From contig OX597818.1 of the NCBI GenBank assembly GCA_951406725.2, forward strand, positions 106,950,001 to 107,014,000: a DNA stretch of 64,000 bases, in the 5' to 3' direction. Positions 11,630 through 24,103 of this stretch are shown one piece after another. The notes under the pieces are model-generated. The model was given only the letters and a program-made list of their open reading frames with translations, ran no database searches and was not told where the DNA came from. This stretch comes from Octopus vulgaris (taxonomy: Eukaryota). A program made the translations under genes and the position numbers. Each line of letters begins with the position of its first letter. Position 1 is the stretch's first letter.

Positions 11630-12270
11630 GTGATTTGGAGATGTCTGTTCGAAAGAAATGAAGCTAGCATGATCCACTGGATGTGTAATGTCAGTGTGCA
11701 CACACGACAGAGTGTAAGCGCCCTGAGAGAAGTGTTGGACATAAGAAGCATCGGATGTGGTGTGCAAGAGAGATGTTTGTGCTGGTATGGTCATGTGCTG
11801 TGTATGGATGAGGAGAGCTGTGAGAAGAAGTGCCACTTCCAAACAGTTGAAGGAATCCAGGGTAGAGGTAGACCCTGGAAGACATGGGATGAAGTGGTGA
11901 AGCATGATCATCAAACGTTGGGCCTCACAGAGGCAATGATGGAAGACCGAGACCCCTGGAGATATGCTGTGACTGCAAAGACCCAGCAAATAAAGTGAGT
12001 TCACGGCTGTATCCTACACCAGTTTTGCATAACCAGCCCCAGCCCATTCAAAAGTACCTTGAATCGTAGGGCGACCTGCTGTGCTTGAGGAGACCTATTG
12101 AGTCAAGTACATCGACATCCAAATGAAAATCAAATAGAAATTGTAGTTGTGATACTCCTGCCGGTGGCACATAAAAAGCACCATCCGAATGTGGCTGATG
12201 CCAGCTCCAACTTGACTGGCTCCCATGCTGGTGGCACGTAAAAAGCACCAACCAATCATGGCTGTTGCCA
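11630..12270 (+). mobile_element. RTE-clade LINE, 5'-truncated (ORF C-terminus + 3' UTR)
   Basis: ERNEASMIHWMCNVS...LCWYGHVLCMDE...GRGRPWKTWDEVV...DRDPWRYAV is a typical RTE C-terminus; overlaps in sequence with 56510-56650 on the minus strand. Confidence 0.85.
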
Positions 12271-12284
12271 GCCTGCTCTGGACG

Positions 12285-12430
12285 AGCAAAATGTTTAGTG
12301 GTATTTCGTTTGTCTTTACATTCTGAGTTCAAATTCTGTGAAGGTCGACTTTGCCTTTCTTCCTTTCAGAGTCGGTCGGTAAATTAAGTACCAGTTACAT
12401 ACTGGGGTCGATCTAATCGACTGCCCCCCC
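12285..12430 (+). mobile_element. SINE family B
   Basis: ttctgagttcaaattc...gtcgactttgcctttc...aaattaagtaccagttacatactggggtcgat. Confidence 0.75.
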
Positions 12431-13865
12431 TCCCCAGTAGAGTAGAAAAGAATAAGTGTGAGGAAGTTTTGAAGGAATAGAAAGTGGTATCAGCTACCAA
12501 AGAGTAAACTTGGAATGGTGACAAGCAGGTGGTTGGTGAGTAGAAGGAAGAGTGTTGTAGGCAAAACCAGACCCTGGGGTACATCAGATATAGGAGGTTA
12601 CAGGATGCTAAAGAAGGGATAAAGCATAAAAATTAAGGCACAGCCAGGTAACAGTATGAGATGACAACAAAAATTAAGCCAATACCAACAGAACAGGAGA
12701 TTCAGAGATATCACCATCATCATCATTTAATATCTGTTTTTCCATGCTGACATGGGTTGGACAGGTTGACAGGAGCTGTTTTGGCATGGTTTTTATGGCT
12801 GGATACCCTTCCTAGTACCGACCACCCCACAGAGTGGACTGAGTGTTTATTTTACCAAAAGCTAAACATTAATAAAATGATATGCTAAATGTTGAACAAG
12901 CCTGGAACATTTATTCAGGTATTTGGAGCCAGGAGGTTCAACAAAACAGTGAAATAAATGGTTATATGGGTTTAAAAAGGGAAAAAGAAAATAGTTTAAG
13001 ACAAGAAAACATAAATATTAAAGATGAGAAAGTGAAGAAGATGTTTCAAAAGATAGCAATGTGAGAAGTTCCAATGGGATTCAAAGATTCAAGCTTAAAA
13101 AGGTTCAAAAGCATTCACAACTCTATACATCCATTTCTTACTGACCGTACAGGAAATAGAACACCATCATAGATGACGAAAAGAAAGATGGTGCTGACAG
13201 AGAAGGACAAAGAAAAGGGATCAGGAATCTGCAATTGCTTACTGTTACTCTGCAAATTATAAACTAACCTCGTAGCAGATGAATTGTATTGCTTTCTGGA
13301 GAAGAATCCATTTACAAGAGGAGGGAAAAGAATGCAGAAAGAAGCAGGGAAGAACTGCTGATCTGTTTGTATATGAAGAGAATGATACAAAATGAAGTAT
13401 AAATAGGGAAAAAGTTGGCTAGTGGTTGGCTAGGATAATGTACCAAACTATTAGCCTTTGAAGTGCCTAAGGAGATGTGGGGGTCAATTGAGGAGATTAA
13501 CAGTTCTTCAAAAAAAAGTAATGAGATTATGGGAAGTTGAGCTAAAAATGTGGGATTAAATCATTAGGAAACGTGGAAATACGGAAGGAAATATTTCTTG
13601 TTTGCTTTTTTTATTAGTTTTTGAGATCATGTTGATTCCTTTGACAAGCATTCACGGAAAATGCAAGCTTGCTTATGTGCTTGCTAAGACCAAGCAAAGG
13701 ATAAAACATCTGCTTTATATAGGTGACTTCAAGCAATACACGAAAATGGGTGGTGGGGGTGGGGGAACACACCTTGATTTTCTCATTCAAAGAGTAAGAA
13801 TATTTAGCTAGGATATCAGTTTGTAGTTTTGGGAGAATAAATATGTAGGTTTTCTTTGATTCTTT

Positions 13866-14257
13866 TTTTTTGTTTCAATCATGTGATTGTAGCCATGCTG
13901 GAGCACTGCCTTTAGTCATACAAACTGACCCCAGGACTTATTCTTTGTAAGCCTGGCACTTATTCTATCGGTCTCTTTTTGCCGAACTGCTAAGTTACAG
14001 GAACATAAACACACCAGTATCGGTTGTCAAGCGATGTTGGGGGGACAAACACAGACACACAAATATACACATATACACACACATATATATACATATACGA
14101 CAGGCTTCTTTCAGTTTCTGTCTACCAAATCCACTCAAAAGACTTTGGTTGGCCTGAGACTATAGTAGAAGACAATTGCCCACAGTGTCATGCAGTGGGA
14201 CTGAACCGGGAACCATGTGGCTGGTAAGCAAGCTACATACCACACGGCCACTCCTGC
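13866..14257 (-). mobile_element. SINE family A
   Basis: Full-length reverse complement of 38657-39076. Confidence 0.85.
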
Positions 14258-14639
14258 TACATTCAGTCCCATCATTATTATTACTGACACTTTTGCTCTG
14301 GCAGATGTTATACTGACACCGTACCAAAGAGTGAGACACCACAGAAAGAGAATGATATGTTTAAGTAACTTGGAGTGCAGCAGAATGATAAGATAATAAA
14401 AAATAAAAAAATGAGAGAATGGCTTGATTAGAAAAAAGCATATTAGATGGTACCACACAGCTGGATAAGTAAAACAATGAGCATGCTTGGAATAGCAAAG
14501 AAAGAAATAGAATAGAAAAGTGTGCTATAAGGAAAATGAAATGAGGAAGATTTGAAAGAAACCAGGCAATTGAAATGCAAACAATGAGAGCGGTTGAGAA
14601 AGAAGGGTGGTAAATGGGAATACGGAAAGCAGACGAAAT

Positions 14640-14780
14640 GAAACAAATTACCAGTAGGGAGTACACAAGGAGTGTCAGAAAATTATTGCAGTCAAAACTG
14701 AATTTCAAAAGTCTTATTAAAACAATAAATTTAAGAGCAGTACCTTTAATTAGATATGGAGTTGGAATTATAGACTGCAC
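14640..14780 (+). mobile_element. R4/Dong-type LINE ORF fragment
   Basis: Translates as REYTRSVRKLLQSKLNFKSLIKTINLRAVPLIRYGVGIID, like the post-RT region of the Dong-type copy at about 59840-59950. Confidence 0.6.
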
Positions 14781-14804
14781 TAGTCTATAATTATAGAATT
14801 ATAG

Positions 14805-15230
14805 GCTGGACTGCTCAATGCCATAGATTTGCATACCTTAACCCATTGAGCATGTCCCTTAGTGACTGACGATATGTGCAGAAGTAGTGGGGGAGCATCA
14901 TAGCCATGTACTGAGAGGAATTCTTTGAGGTTTGAATAATTAACCTCTGAAAACATGGGTGTTTCATTCAACATCTTTAAACAATCCTTATTCAGGGACC
15001 TTTTGAGCAGGATGGGCTATTCAACCTGAAGAAAATTCTAATTGGGCCCCACCTGCAAGGTCATGTGCTGCTTATCTTGATATGAAATCACCATGTCATG
15101 CACATATAGCTGTGATGTATGTGCCTTGTATACCCTTATCAGACAGGTAGTCATGATGGGTATACTGGGCTCCGTATATTTTACCCTTGTGTCACTTTGA
15201 TGGTATGCGCTGCTCTCTCACTCAACAATA
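14805..15230 (+). mobile_element. 5'-truncated copy of the about 555-bp (TAA)n-tailed non-coding element
   Basis: Colinear with 54600-55050; ends ctctctcactcaa followed by an AAT-type tail. Confidence 0.85.
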
Positions 15231-15440
15231 ATAAATAATAGTAATAATAGTTTCAAATTTTGCCACAAGGAGAGCCATTTTGAGGAAGGGGATGAGACAA
15301 TGACATCAGCCCCAGTATTTCACTGGTACTTAATTTATTGATCCCGAAAGGCTGAAAGGCAACGTCAACCTTGGTGGAATTTGAACTCAGAACTAACCAT
15401 TTCACCTGGTGTGCTAATGAATCCGCCAGTTTGCTGCCTT

Positions 15441-15450
15441 ATTAATAATA

Positions 15451-15481
<31 letters not shown>

Positions 15482-15525
15482 TAATAGTAATAATTATAAT
15501 TATAATAATAATGATGATGGTGATG

Positions 15526-15562
<37 letters not shown>

Positions 15563-15597
15563 CAATAATAATAATATTAATAATAACAATAGTAATG

Positions 15598-15631
<34 letters not shown>

Positions 15632-15672
15632 TAATAATAATAATAATAACAATAATAATGATAATAATAATG

Positions 15673-15720
<48 letters not shown>
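15441..15720. repeat. (AAT)n microsatellite
   Basis: Direct reading. Confidence 0.95.
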
Positions 15721-15725
<5 letters not shown>

Positions 15726-16348
15726 CAGTCCTACACCTCCAAACAAAAGAGGGACTCATGAAAACCAAAGACATCCCCATTAGAAGAGGAATATTCCAGG
15801 GAGACACACTCTCTCCACTCCTTTTCTGCTTGGCACTGTCACCTCTATCTGATATGCTAAATAGAACTGGATGCGGATATAAATGTTACGGCAAAACGAT
15901 CAGCCACCTTTTATATATGGATGACCTAAAACTATACGCTGCAAATGACAAACAGCTGGAAACACTATTAAAGACAGTTCATGGATGTATCAATACCGGC
16001 TGATGACAACGTGTCTCTAAAAGAAATGGAGAAACTCTCAAAATACAAAGACCTGGAAATAGAGGTAACTAGAATGTGGAATCTGAAAACAGAAACAATT
16101 CCTATCATAGTAGGTGCATTAGGCATGATAAAAAAATATTCAGACAAATACATAACAAAAACACCAGGACTTACAAACACATATAACATACAGAAAATTG
16201 CACTACTAGGCACTGCACACATCCTACGCAGAACACTTTCCATACAATAACCATCAGAGCATCACAACAAATCACAGCACATACCCAAGGCACACAGAGC
16301 TGTGCTCGGTAGTGAAGTGAAAGCACGCTATAAAAATAAAACTACTGA
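15721..16348 (+). mobile_element. R4/Dong-type LINE, internally deleted
   Basis: RT motifs RRGIFQGDTLSPLLFC and HLLYMDDLKLY joined at about 15980 directly to the endonuclease end DVSIP...KYKDLEIE...IPIIVGALG; stop at 16250; 3' UTR runs into (AAT)n; (AAT)n on both sides. Confidence 0.9.
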
Positions 16349-16753
16349 ATAATAATAATAATAATAATTTCTCCTACTGGCACAAGGCCTAAAATTTTGA
16401 GTTGAGGTGACTAATTGATTGGCAATTGAGGTGACAATTGATTACCTGAAGGGGTACTTATTTCATTAACCCTGAGAGAATGAGAAACAAAATTGACTTT
16501 GGTAAAATTTGAACTCAGAAGATAAATTGATTTAACTCTCTCATAAATAAACATCAGCAGTGGTGGCAGACTAAATGCTGAAGGGTATATTGTTCCTTGT
16601 TCCCCTTCTTTGTGGGATCCGTGGGTTCCTCACTCTCTCTCTCTTTGAATAACAGCAAAACTTCCACTTCACTATAAGAAACAGTAAACCTCTACATATG
16701 GATTGAATGTTTGAGTCAATGTCCATGGCTTTTAAGCACATTACGCATCTCTC

Positions 16754-16807
<54 letters not shown>

Positions 16808-17465
16808 AATCTTTCTTTCTATACACACACACACACACACATATATGCATATATATATGTATGTATGTATATGCATATATATGGATGTATGCATGTGAAT
16901 GTGTGCATTTGTGTGTGTGTGTGTGTGTAAGATATTAATGATTATAACATCCATCTTAGCACGAGCAGTTGTCAAATTAGATGTTCTGTTTTGATGTAAC
17001 TTATTGAATTAAGTGTTTTTATAGCTCACTTCTGATTTGAGTTCTGCTGACTATATTTATTTCCAAGTCTAGTTTTGGACTATTTTGGAGACTTGTTAGA
17101 AACGGCTTTACCACCAGAATGTGCCAAGCAATTAAGCTCTGAGACTCTGAGACGGCAAGAGCATGAGCTAAAAATGATTCAGTCTGCATTGCTGAAGATA
17201 ATGTATGATTCTATTTCATGATATCTACAGGCGATCACAATTTAAATTGGGAATAGTTGTCTTTTAAGGCAGTTCCTCTCACAGTAACAGAGGAGACCAT
17301 GTTGGTACGAAGACTATCAACTATAAAACAATTTGTCCCAAGAAATGCATTTTTTAGTTCTGTATTCTCAATAGACCTGTTGTATTCTTAGTTTGTTTTT
17401 TTTTTTTAATCTTCTGATTGGAAACTGGGTGAATTGGGAATTAAGTATGGACAAGTAAAATTCAG

Positions 17466-17677
17466 AAAATTACTATTTGTAAATCTCACAACGAGAGATA
17501 TTCATCAGCAGTACTTTGGAATAAAGATTGTTAGACAACATAACATGGCAGTCCTGGTTTAGAACGAATGTTGCTGCAATTTATCTCCAGGAGACAATGT
17601 CTCCTGGTGCTAAATCACAGCAACATTCATCCTAAACCAGGACTACCATGTTATGTTGGCAAATAATCTTTACTCCA
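17466..17677. mobile_element. Fold-back element family D
   Basis: About 17511-17596 is inverted at 17598-17682; flanking aagtaaaattcag (17453-65) / aagtaagattcag (17678-90) is a TSD with one mismatch. Confidence 0.85.
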
Positions 17678-18069
17678 AAGTAAGATTCAGTTTGTTTCTT
17701 TTAATGTTTGTTATTCCAGATGTTATTCCTGCAATGTAAATGGTGTTTTGGCAAGATGAAGAGATGTTGAAGAATAGACAGGCCTTAGAGCAAACACATT
17801 TCACTCACACCGGTGTCAACATTTTCAGTTTTAATCTTTTTAGGACAACCTGGTACAACGTGGCCTTCACTTTTAAAGTTATTGTGATGTGATCTGAAAG
17901 AATTGGCTGCTATTTCTAACATGTTGAGTCACCATGGTCATGTAGTGAATTCATGTAAACTTGAGTTCAGAAGTTTTAGTGTACAAATGCTTTTAGTGAT
18001 AAGTCCAACCCATGCCAGCATGGAAAACAGACGTTAAATGATGATGATGATGATAGTGGTGGTTGTGGT

Positions 18070-18490
18070 GGTGGTGGATTAACCATTAAGCAAAATAAGC
18101 ACGTGCTTAGAGTATCAAGGGAAGGAGGGGTACCACATAAATGGTAAATGGTTTATGGCACAAAAGAAATCACTTTAAACTTGCTAAAATAATATTTGGG
18201 ATGCCTTTATCTCTACTAAGTATAGATGCAGATGTGTTACCTAAGATTAATTTTGAGGATCTGATCAAAGACTTTGTAATTAAAAAAGTAGGAGGAAACT
18301 TTTCAAATATAAATAAAGTGAAAGTAGACAAAAATAAACATTATTTTCCCTCTTACTGTTTTGTTTTGTTTTGAAAAATAAAAATTTATTTTATCTTTTG
18401 TTATTGTTTGTATTTTGAATTACATAATCTTTAACGGGGGCACCGAAATCTTTTAAGTCCTTAGGGTCTCGATGGGTCTTAATCCATCTG
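18070..18490 (+). mobile_element. Non-autonomous hAT DNA transposon
   Basis: Termini ggtggattaa / ttaatccatc; internal peptide LSLLSIDADVLPKINFEDLIKDFVIKK resembles the hAT C-terminal dimerisation region. Confidence 0.65.
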
Positions 18491-21279
18491 TATTGCTTCA
18501 GAATGATTTAATTCTGCTCAACAAAACCAGTTTTGATAAAGTTATCAGTGATTGCTTTGCCATCTATAGCTTGCCATGATTAATTCTCAACCGTGCCAAC
18601 AAGATGTTCCAATAAAGCTGAAAAACCAAACAAATTTGAAGAAATAAAAGTTTTAGATTTTGGTTTATTGCCTGGTTTATAATGGAATCCTACAGGTTTA
18701 TTGCGCAGTTTGTCCACTTGAGAAAAATAGCCTTTTACTTCATACTTGTAACATGTGGCACTCCTTGTTGAACAGCTTTTGTAGTCATGTCTAGACTTCA
18801 TGCAAAAAGAGACACATCTAAGAAGCAGTAATTGAAGTAGTTTCCTCTCCATGTTCTCCTTTGCAGTTTTTGTCAGAGATATCCGGATAATATATGATAG
18901 CATTCTTTTAAACTAACTTAAATGCTCTGGTGTATGTTACGGTTGTTTCAGAGTCTAACATTTTATTTTCAAGTAGTTTAGAACTTTGTACCAGTCAAAA
19001 ATTCTCTCAGAAATAAATGTATCCATTATTGAATTTTTCATATACTGTTTAGACAATTTTGCTTTGAATTAGTTGGGAAGTTTTAAAACTTGAAGAAAAT
19101 GGATCAGGGTTCCTGTTGGCAGCCAGTTAGGAGTAAATTATATCTTGCACAAATCTCATTCCCTGGTTAAATGTAATTATCCAATTTATTGCTCTCTTGT
19201 AATTGCCCTAATTTGGGACAAATTCTAATATTTCATGAGATAGAAAATTTCCTGGAATACTGGCAAGAAAATTTCCAAACATACCTAACCAGTCTTTGAA
19301 TTTCAAAGAGGCAGATTCTGATTAAGAAAGAATTCATTCAGCCTTTTGAGATGCAGAACTCAGTGCATATTTGAATCACTGAATAGGCTGTTCATAAAAG
19401 TATTGATAAGAGATCTGTACACCAAAGACATTATTCCATGAATAATGCTACAACTGAACATCTGGTTTAGATAAGGGAACTCATCCATTATGTGTAATAT
19501 TATTTAAGTTACATAACATTACATCAAATAATAAACAACTTCAGTTTTTCAAGTAATCTGAAATGTTTTAGTTCTATGATGTATATATGAGTTGACCAAG
19601 TAAAGTACATCTCTCTCATGGCTATTGACTACAATCAGAAATTGTAGCTTCAAAAACTACTGAATTGATCAGAAGCTGAACCTATTTTGCTTCACCATTA
19701 TTCCAGTCAGAGATTGACTGAAATAGCTATGACCACTTCTACCCGTTATCAAAATCATGTTAAACCTCTGATATAGTAACCAGTGATCTGGTGACCAAAT
19801 GGAAAGATATTGAACTAAGTACCCACAGGTCATCAACTAAAACTCTGTTCTGGTGTTTGACACCAGAACTCTTTATTTTACAATCTCTTAGTCTAAGTAG
19901 TTGTTGAAAATAAGTTGCAGGTCATCTGGGAATGTTACCTTAATAGAGTGGAATCCTATCCCAGGAGAGAGGGAAAGAGAGAGTGTTATCTCACTTCTGC
20001 TTAAAGCTATAACACCAGAAATAATCATCATCTCTTAAAAGCTTCTTGTGGTGGGGTCTTGGAAAGCTTTTAGATATTTGATATTTATTTAAGTGTAGTT
20101 ATTTGAATCAATAATTCATACTCTCTCACCGAAGCTGTGCTGTGATCATAGCTAAGGCACTTAAGAATCATTACCTCACATCACTAAACTGTAAACAGAT
20201 ATCATCTTGTTCAGCATTGCGAGTAGCAACAACACTATGTAATTAATTGTTTCAATATCTTTCAGTGTTGTATTTAAATTCTGCTATAAAAGAGATCCCT
20301 GATAGACATTTCCATCAAACCAATTTTACACCCATCATACCAGAAGAAAAATTTGAAAGGATTAAATATAGGAAAATGAAAAAAAAAAAAAAATTTATGA
20401 AAATGTCACCTAAACCTTAGGAGGATTTTACCTGCTGGTTTTTAGCTTCAGTCAATGAACAAGAAGTCTCCCCTGCTCTAGGATAGGATGCCAGTCTATT
20501 GTGCACAACTTATAAATTGATTATACAAAATTTTACCCATGATGTTGTAATTGCTTCTATTAAAACAAAAACAAAAAAGAGGCAAAATCAAGAATAACAC
20601 TATTTCTCCAATCACTCCTCATTGGGAATCTTAACGTTTCTCTTCCTCCTTTTCTCATCTTCATTTCATTTTCTTTCAGCCCTTCTTCTTCCTCATCTTC
20701 CTCAGTTCCTCTTCCTTTTCATTTCCTCTCCTTCCTTCCTAATCTTCCTTTACCTCTTTCTCTTACTCTATTTTTCATCAACTTCAACCACAACTCTTCC
20801 TCCCCCTCTTTTTCTTTCTTTCTCTCCTACTACTTTCAATATTTTCTTCTCCCATCTCTCTCTATGTTATTATCTCCCCAACCTCTCTCACTGCATTTGC
20901 CATTTTACTTTACTATTAAATTTTGACATGGTTTTTTTTTAAAAAAAAACAACGTAAACAATGGCAAACACAAAACAAAAGTAAAAACACAACAGCAGCG
21001 AAACCACCACCTTAACAAAAAAATATAAAACTATAGCTACAACAGCAACGACACCACCACCACCAACGAGTATAATCCTAATTCCTGCCAATGCTGCCAT
21101 CATATTTAAGCAAGAAGTCACCATGTGACTACCAACATTTTTGCCACGAATACAAGACAAGACAACAGGTAACATTTACAATGGCAGGAACTAATTCATA
21201 TTTAATTATTCTAGTTCAATCAATCCATTGAGATATAGTTTGATATTTAGAAGAATTATGCTAATGCCATGACAAACAG

Positions 21280-21352
<73 letters not shown>

Positions 21353-21386
21353 TAATAATAATAATAATAATAATACTAACAATAAT

Positions 21387-21434
<48 letters not shown>

Positions 21435-21568
21435 AATACTAACAATAATATTAATACTAACAATAATATTAATAATAATAATAATACTAACAATGATATT
21501 AATAATAATAATAATAATACTAACAACAACAATAATAATAATAATAATAACAACAATTAATGATGATG

Positions 21569-21603
<35 letters not shown>

Positions 21604-21631
21604 AACAATAATATTAATAATAATAATATTA

Positions 21632-21671
<40 letters not shown>

Positions 21672-21720
21672 CATTATTAGTAGTAGTAGTAGTTGTAGTT
21701 GTAGTAGTAGTAGTAGTAGT
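21280..21720. repeat. Compound (AAT)n / (ATT)n / (AGT)n microsatellite
   Basis: Direct reading; strand switch at about 21628. Confidence 0.95.
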
Positions 21721-22339
21721 AACAGCTTCAACTGTTGGCACTATACAACATGAACAAAACTTCAAAATAATTTAGTCTCCTGTGCATTAAGATAAGAAAA
21801 TACAGTGAGAATTAACGAGTTCCATAAATATATAGTAAATTTGTGCCTGTGTGTGTGTGTGTGCATGCATGTGTGTTTGTGTGTGTGTTTATGTGTGTGT
21901 GTGCATGGGTGTATTTTACTTATCATATGTGCATGTGCAGTATGTGCATGTGCTGTGTGTATGGGTGTACATATATCTGCGTGTATGTAAATTCTTCCGG
22001 ATAGATAAAGAGACTGAGGTATTTCAGAGTGTGTGATGGGATTATTAAGCTTCGACTAGTCTTAGAAAATGCTGCAACAACCTTTATCTCAGCATTTTCT
22101 CCACAAACTAGATTGTCAGATGGACAGAAGGACCGATTCTAGGAAGTCCTTCAGCAGATGTCCATAAACTTGTCATAATTTCAAAAGTCAATTTGGTGGA
22201 ACTTTGATGGGTTCTGTGGATTAGAAGAAGGCTATGGCTTTGGTACAAGAAATGAGAAGCAAAAAAAGGGCTGATGGAGTCCTGTGATGCAAATGACTTG
22301 TTGATCTGCAACTCTTAACTGGTGATCTGTCAGTTAGGA

Positions 22340-22462
22340 CAAACGTTCCAGTTGATCTGATCACCAGAACAGCCTACTCATGGAATTAACAAGCAAGGGG
22401 ATAAGCACTCCATAGACATGCACATCCCTAATGTAGTTCTTTGGGAAACTCAGAATGTGACA
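22340..22462 (+). repeat. Dispersed repeat fragment (second copy at about 63398-63465 on the minus strand)
   Basis: gaattaacaagcaagg...agcactccatagacatgcacatccctaatgtagttct aligns with the reverse complement of 63398-63465. Confidence 0.55.
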
Positions 22463-22756
22463 AAAAAGAAACGCATAAAAATGTTTCTGCCCTTGTTCTT
22501 TCCTTGTTCTTCAGGGAAGGAGTCGATTGTTTTTGCCATTGAAGAATCTGAAATGCTGTTCCATCCAATATTTTCCTCCATCTGACTTCGAACCTTTAAC
22601 ACCAACCCCTCTCTTGCCATCCTCAAAGATCTGCTGCTTCATAGGCAGAATTTAAACTAAGATCACAAGCTGCCAGAATAAATATCATAAGGTATTCTCT
22701 CTGGTGGTACCTTAATGAATTTGCCAGTTTGATACCTTAAAGGAACAAAAAGGAAA

Positions 22757-22799
<43 letters not shown>

Positions 22800-22844
22800 C
22801 TAAATATGTTTATGTATGTATGTATGTATACACAGCCACACCCA

Positions 22845-22927
<83 letters not shown>

Positions 22928-22931
<4 letters not shown>

Positions 22932-23080
22932 AAAATACCATTTTAGTCATCACATATATTGGCCTGCTCGCTTAGCCAGCGGGGTAGCGTCGTTTGAAGG
23001 CTAAAACAATGCGAAGAGCATTGTGATCAGCGATACGTAGCAACATCTGATAGCCTGGTCGGTCAAGGTGATCACGGTGA
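22928..23080 (+). other. GC/CpG-rich structured insert within (TA)n
   Basis: Potential H-type pseudoknot plus two hairpins (see findings). Confidence 0.45.
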
Positions 23081-24044
23081 TATATATATATATATATAAA
23101 TGTATGTATATATATGTGTGTGTGTATATATATATATATATATAAATGTATGTATATGTGTGTGTGTGTGTAAATATATATATATATATATAAATATACA
23201 CACCTACATACTCATAAACATCTACTTATATCCATACACAACCTCTCATTTTGTTTTTCTCTCTTTCTTTAAATATATATCTATATTATATATGTATGTC
23301 TCTGTATGTATGTATGTGTGCATGCGTGTGTTTGTGTGTGTGTGTGTGTGTATGTTATATCTATATTCTGATAATGTAGAGTTAGGTGTATATACACTAC
23401 AAACAGTCTTTAACACCTGTAGAAACTTGGTATAAAATTAACAGCTCAGCGTATGAGTCATCAACTCAGTTGATGTCGTCGGCTTGTTTTTTCTGTTTTG
23501 CCTTATTTATGTCAAAAATAAAAAGCAGAGGTGTGATAATATATGAATGTTGAAAGCTATAGATCTTGGTGAGAAATTCTGTGCTATTAAACTTGATCAA
23601 AGGAAGTAATTATATAGCTGTTTTAAACATTAAGAGAAGATTGAGTGCTTTTGTCCTTTAGGGCCAGACAAAATGTGGGATTACATCTTTGTTAGGATGC
23701 AAGCGAAAAACATTAGTAAAAAACTAAGAATAAAGATAAACAAGAAATGAAAGAAAGAAAAAAGAAACACGAATAAAATTATAGCGTGTAAATGAAATGG
23801 GTTTGTTTTCTGTAGCTGAGCAAGTTTTCTGTTAAGAGCAAAGAGGAGATTATGATAAAAGTTTACTTTATATAGTTTGGTTGTGTATGTAAAGCATTCA
23901 CAATATTGTTTCCTCTTAACTTGTTTTCCTAAAAGGAATTCAGCAAAGCAAATATTGCTTGATAATTTTTGAATATATAAACATCAAAAAGATTTTATAT
24001 CGTTGAACAGAAAATGGCTGAGTCAGAAAATATATATATCTTAC

Positions 24045-24103
24045 CTTCGCATCTTATTTCCCTTTTCTACCTTAAATCAGTGACAATTCTTGTTCCTCGA
24101 GAC
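24045..24103 (-). other. Candidate 59-nt exon (5' UTR or non-coding; ends ATG CGA AG)
   Basis: Acceptor tttcactcctctgttag|G, donor AAG|gtaaga; stops in all three frames upstream of the terminal ATG. Confidence 0.45.

Larger units (their letters stand above)
10650..13750 (-). mobile_element. Old CR1/L2-type LINE remnant, fragmented by younger insertions
   Basis: Minus-strand peptides DVPQGLVLPTTLFLL (about 12545-12590, RT GVPQGSVL motif) and PGLTITEDLSWQTH...NASQRL (about 11420-11505); 10800-10880 is related to 19950-20045. Boundaries approximate. Confidence 0.5.

Noticed and set aside
17466-17515. Hammerhead in the family D tail (CTGATGA + hairpin on the minus strand)
   Set aside because: GAAA core is missing and CTGATGA is not conserved in the 32.5 kb and 45.4 kb copies.
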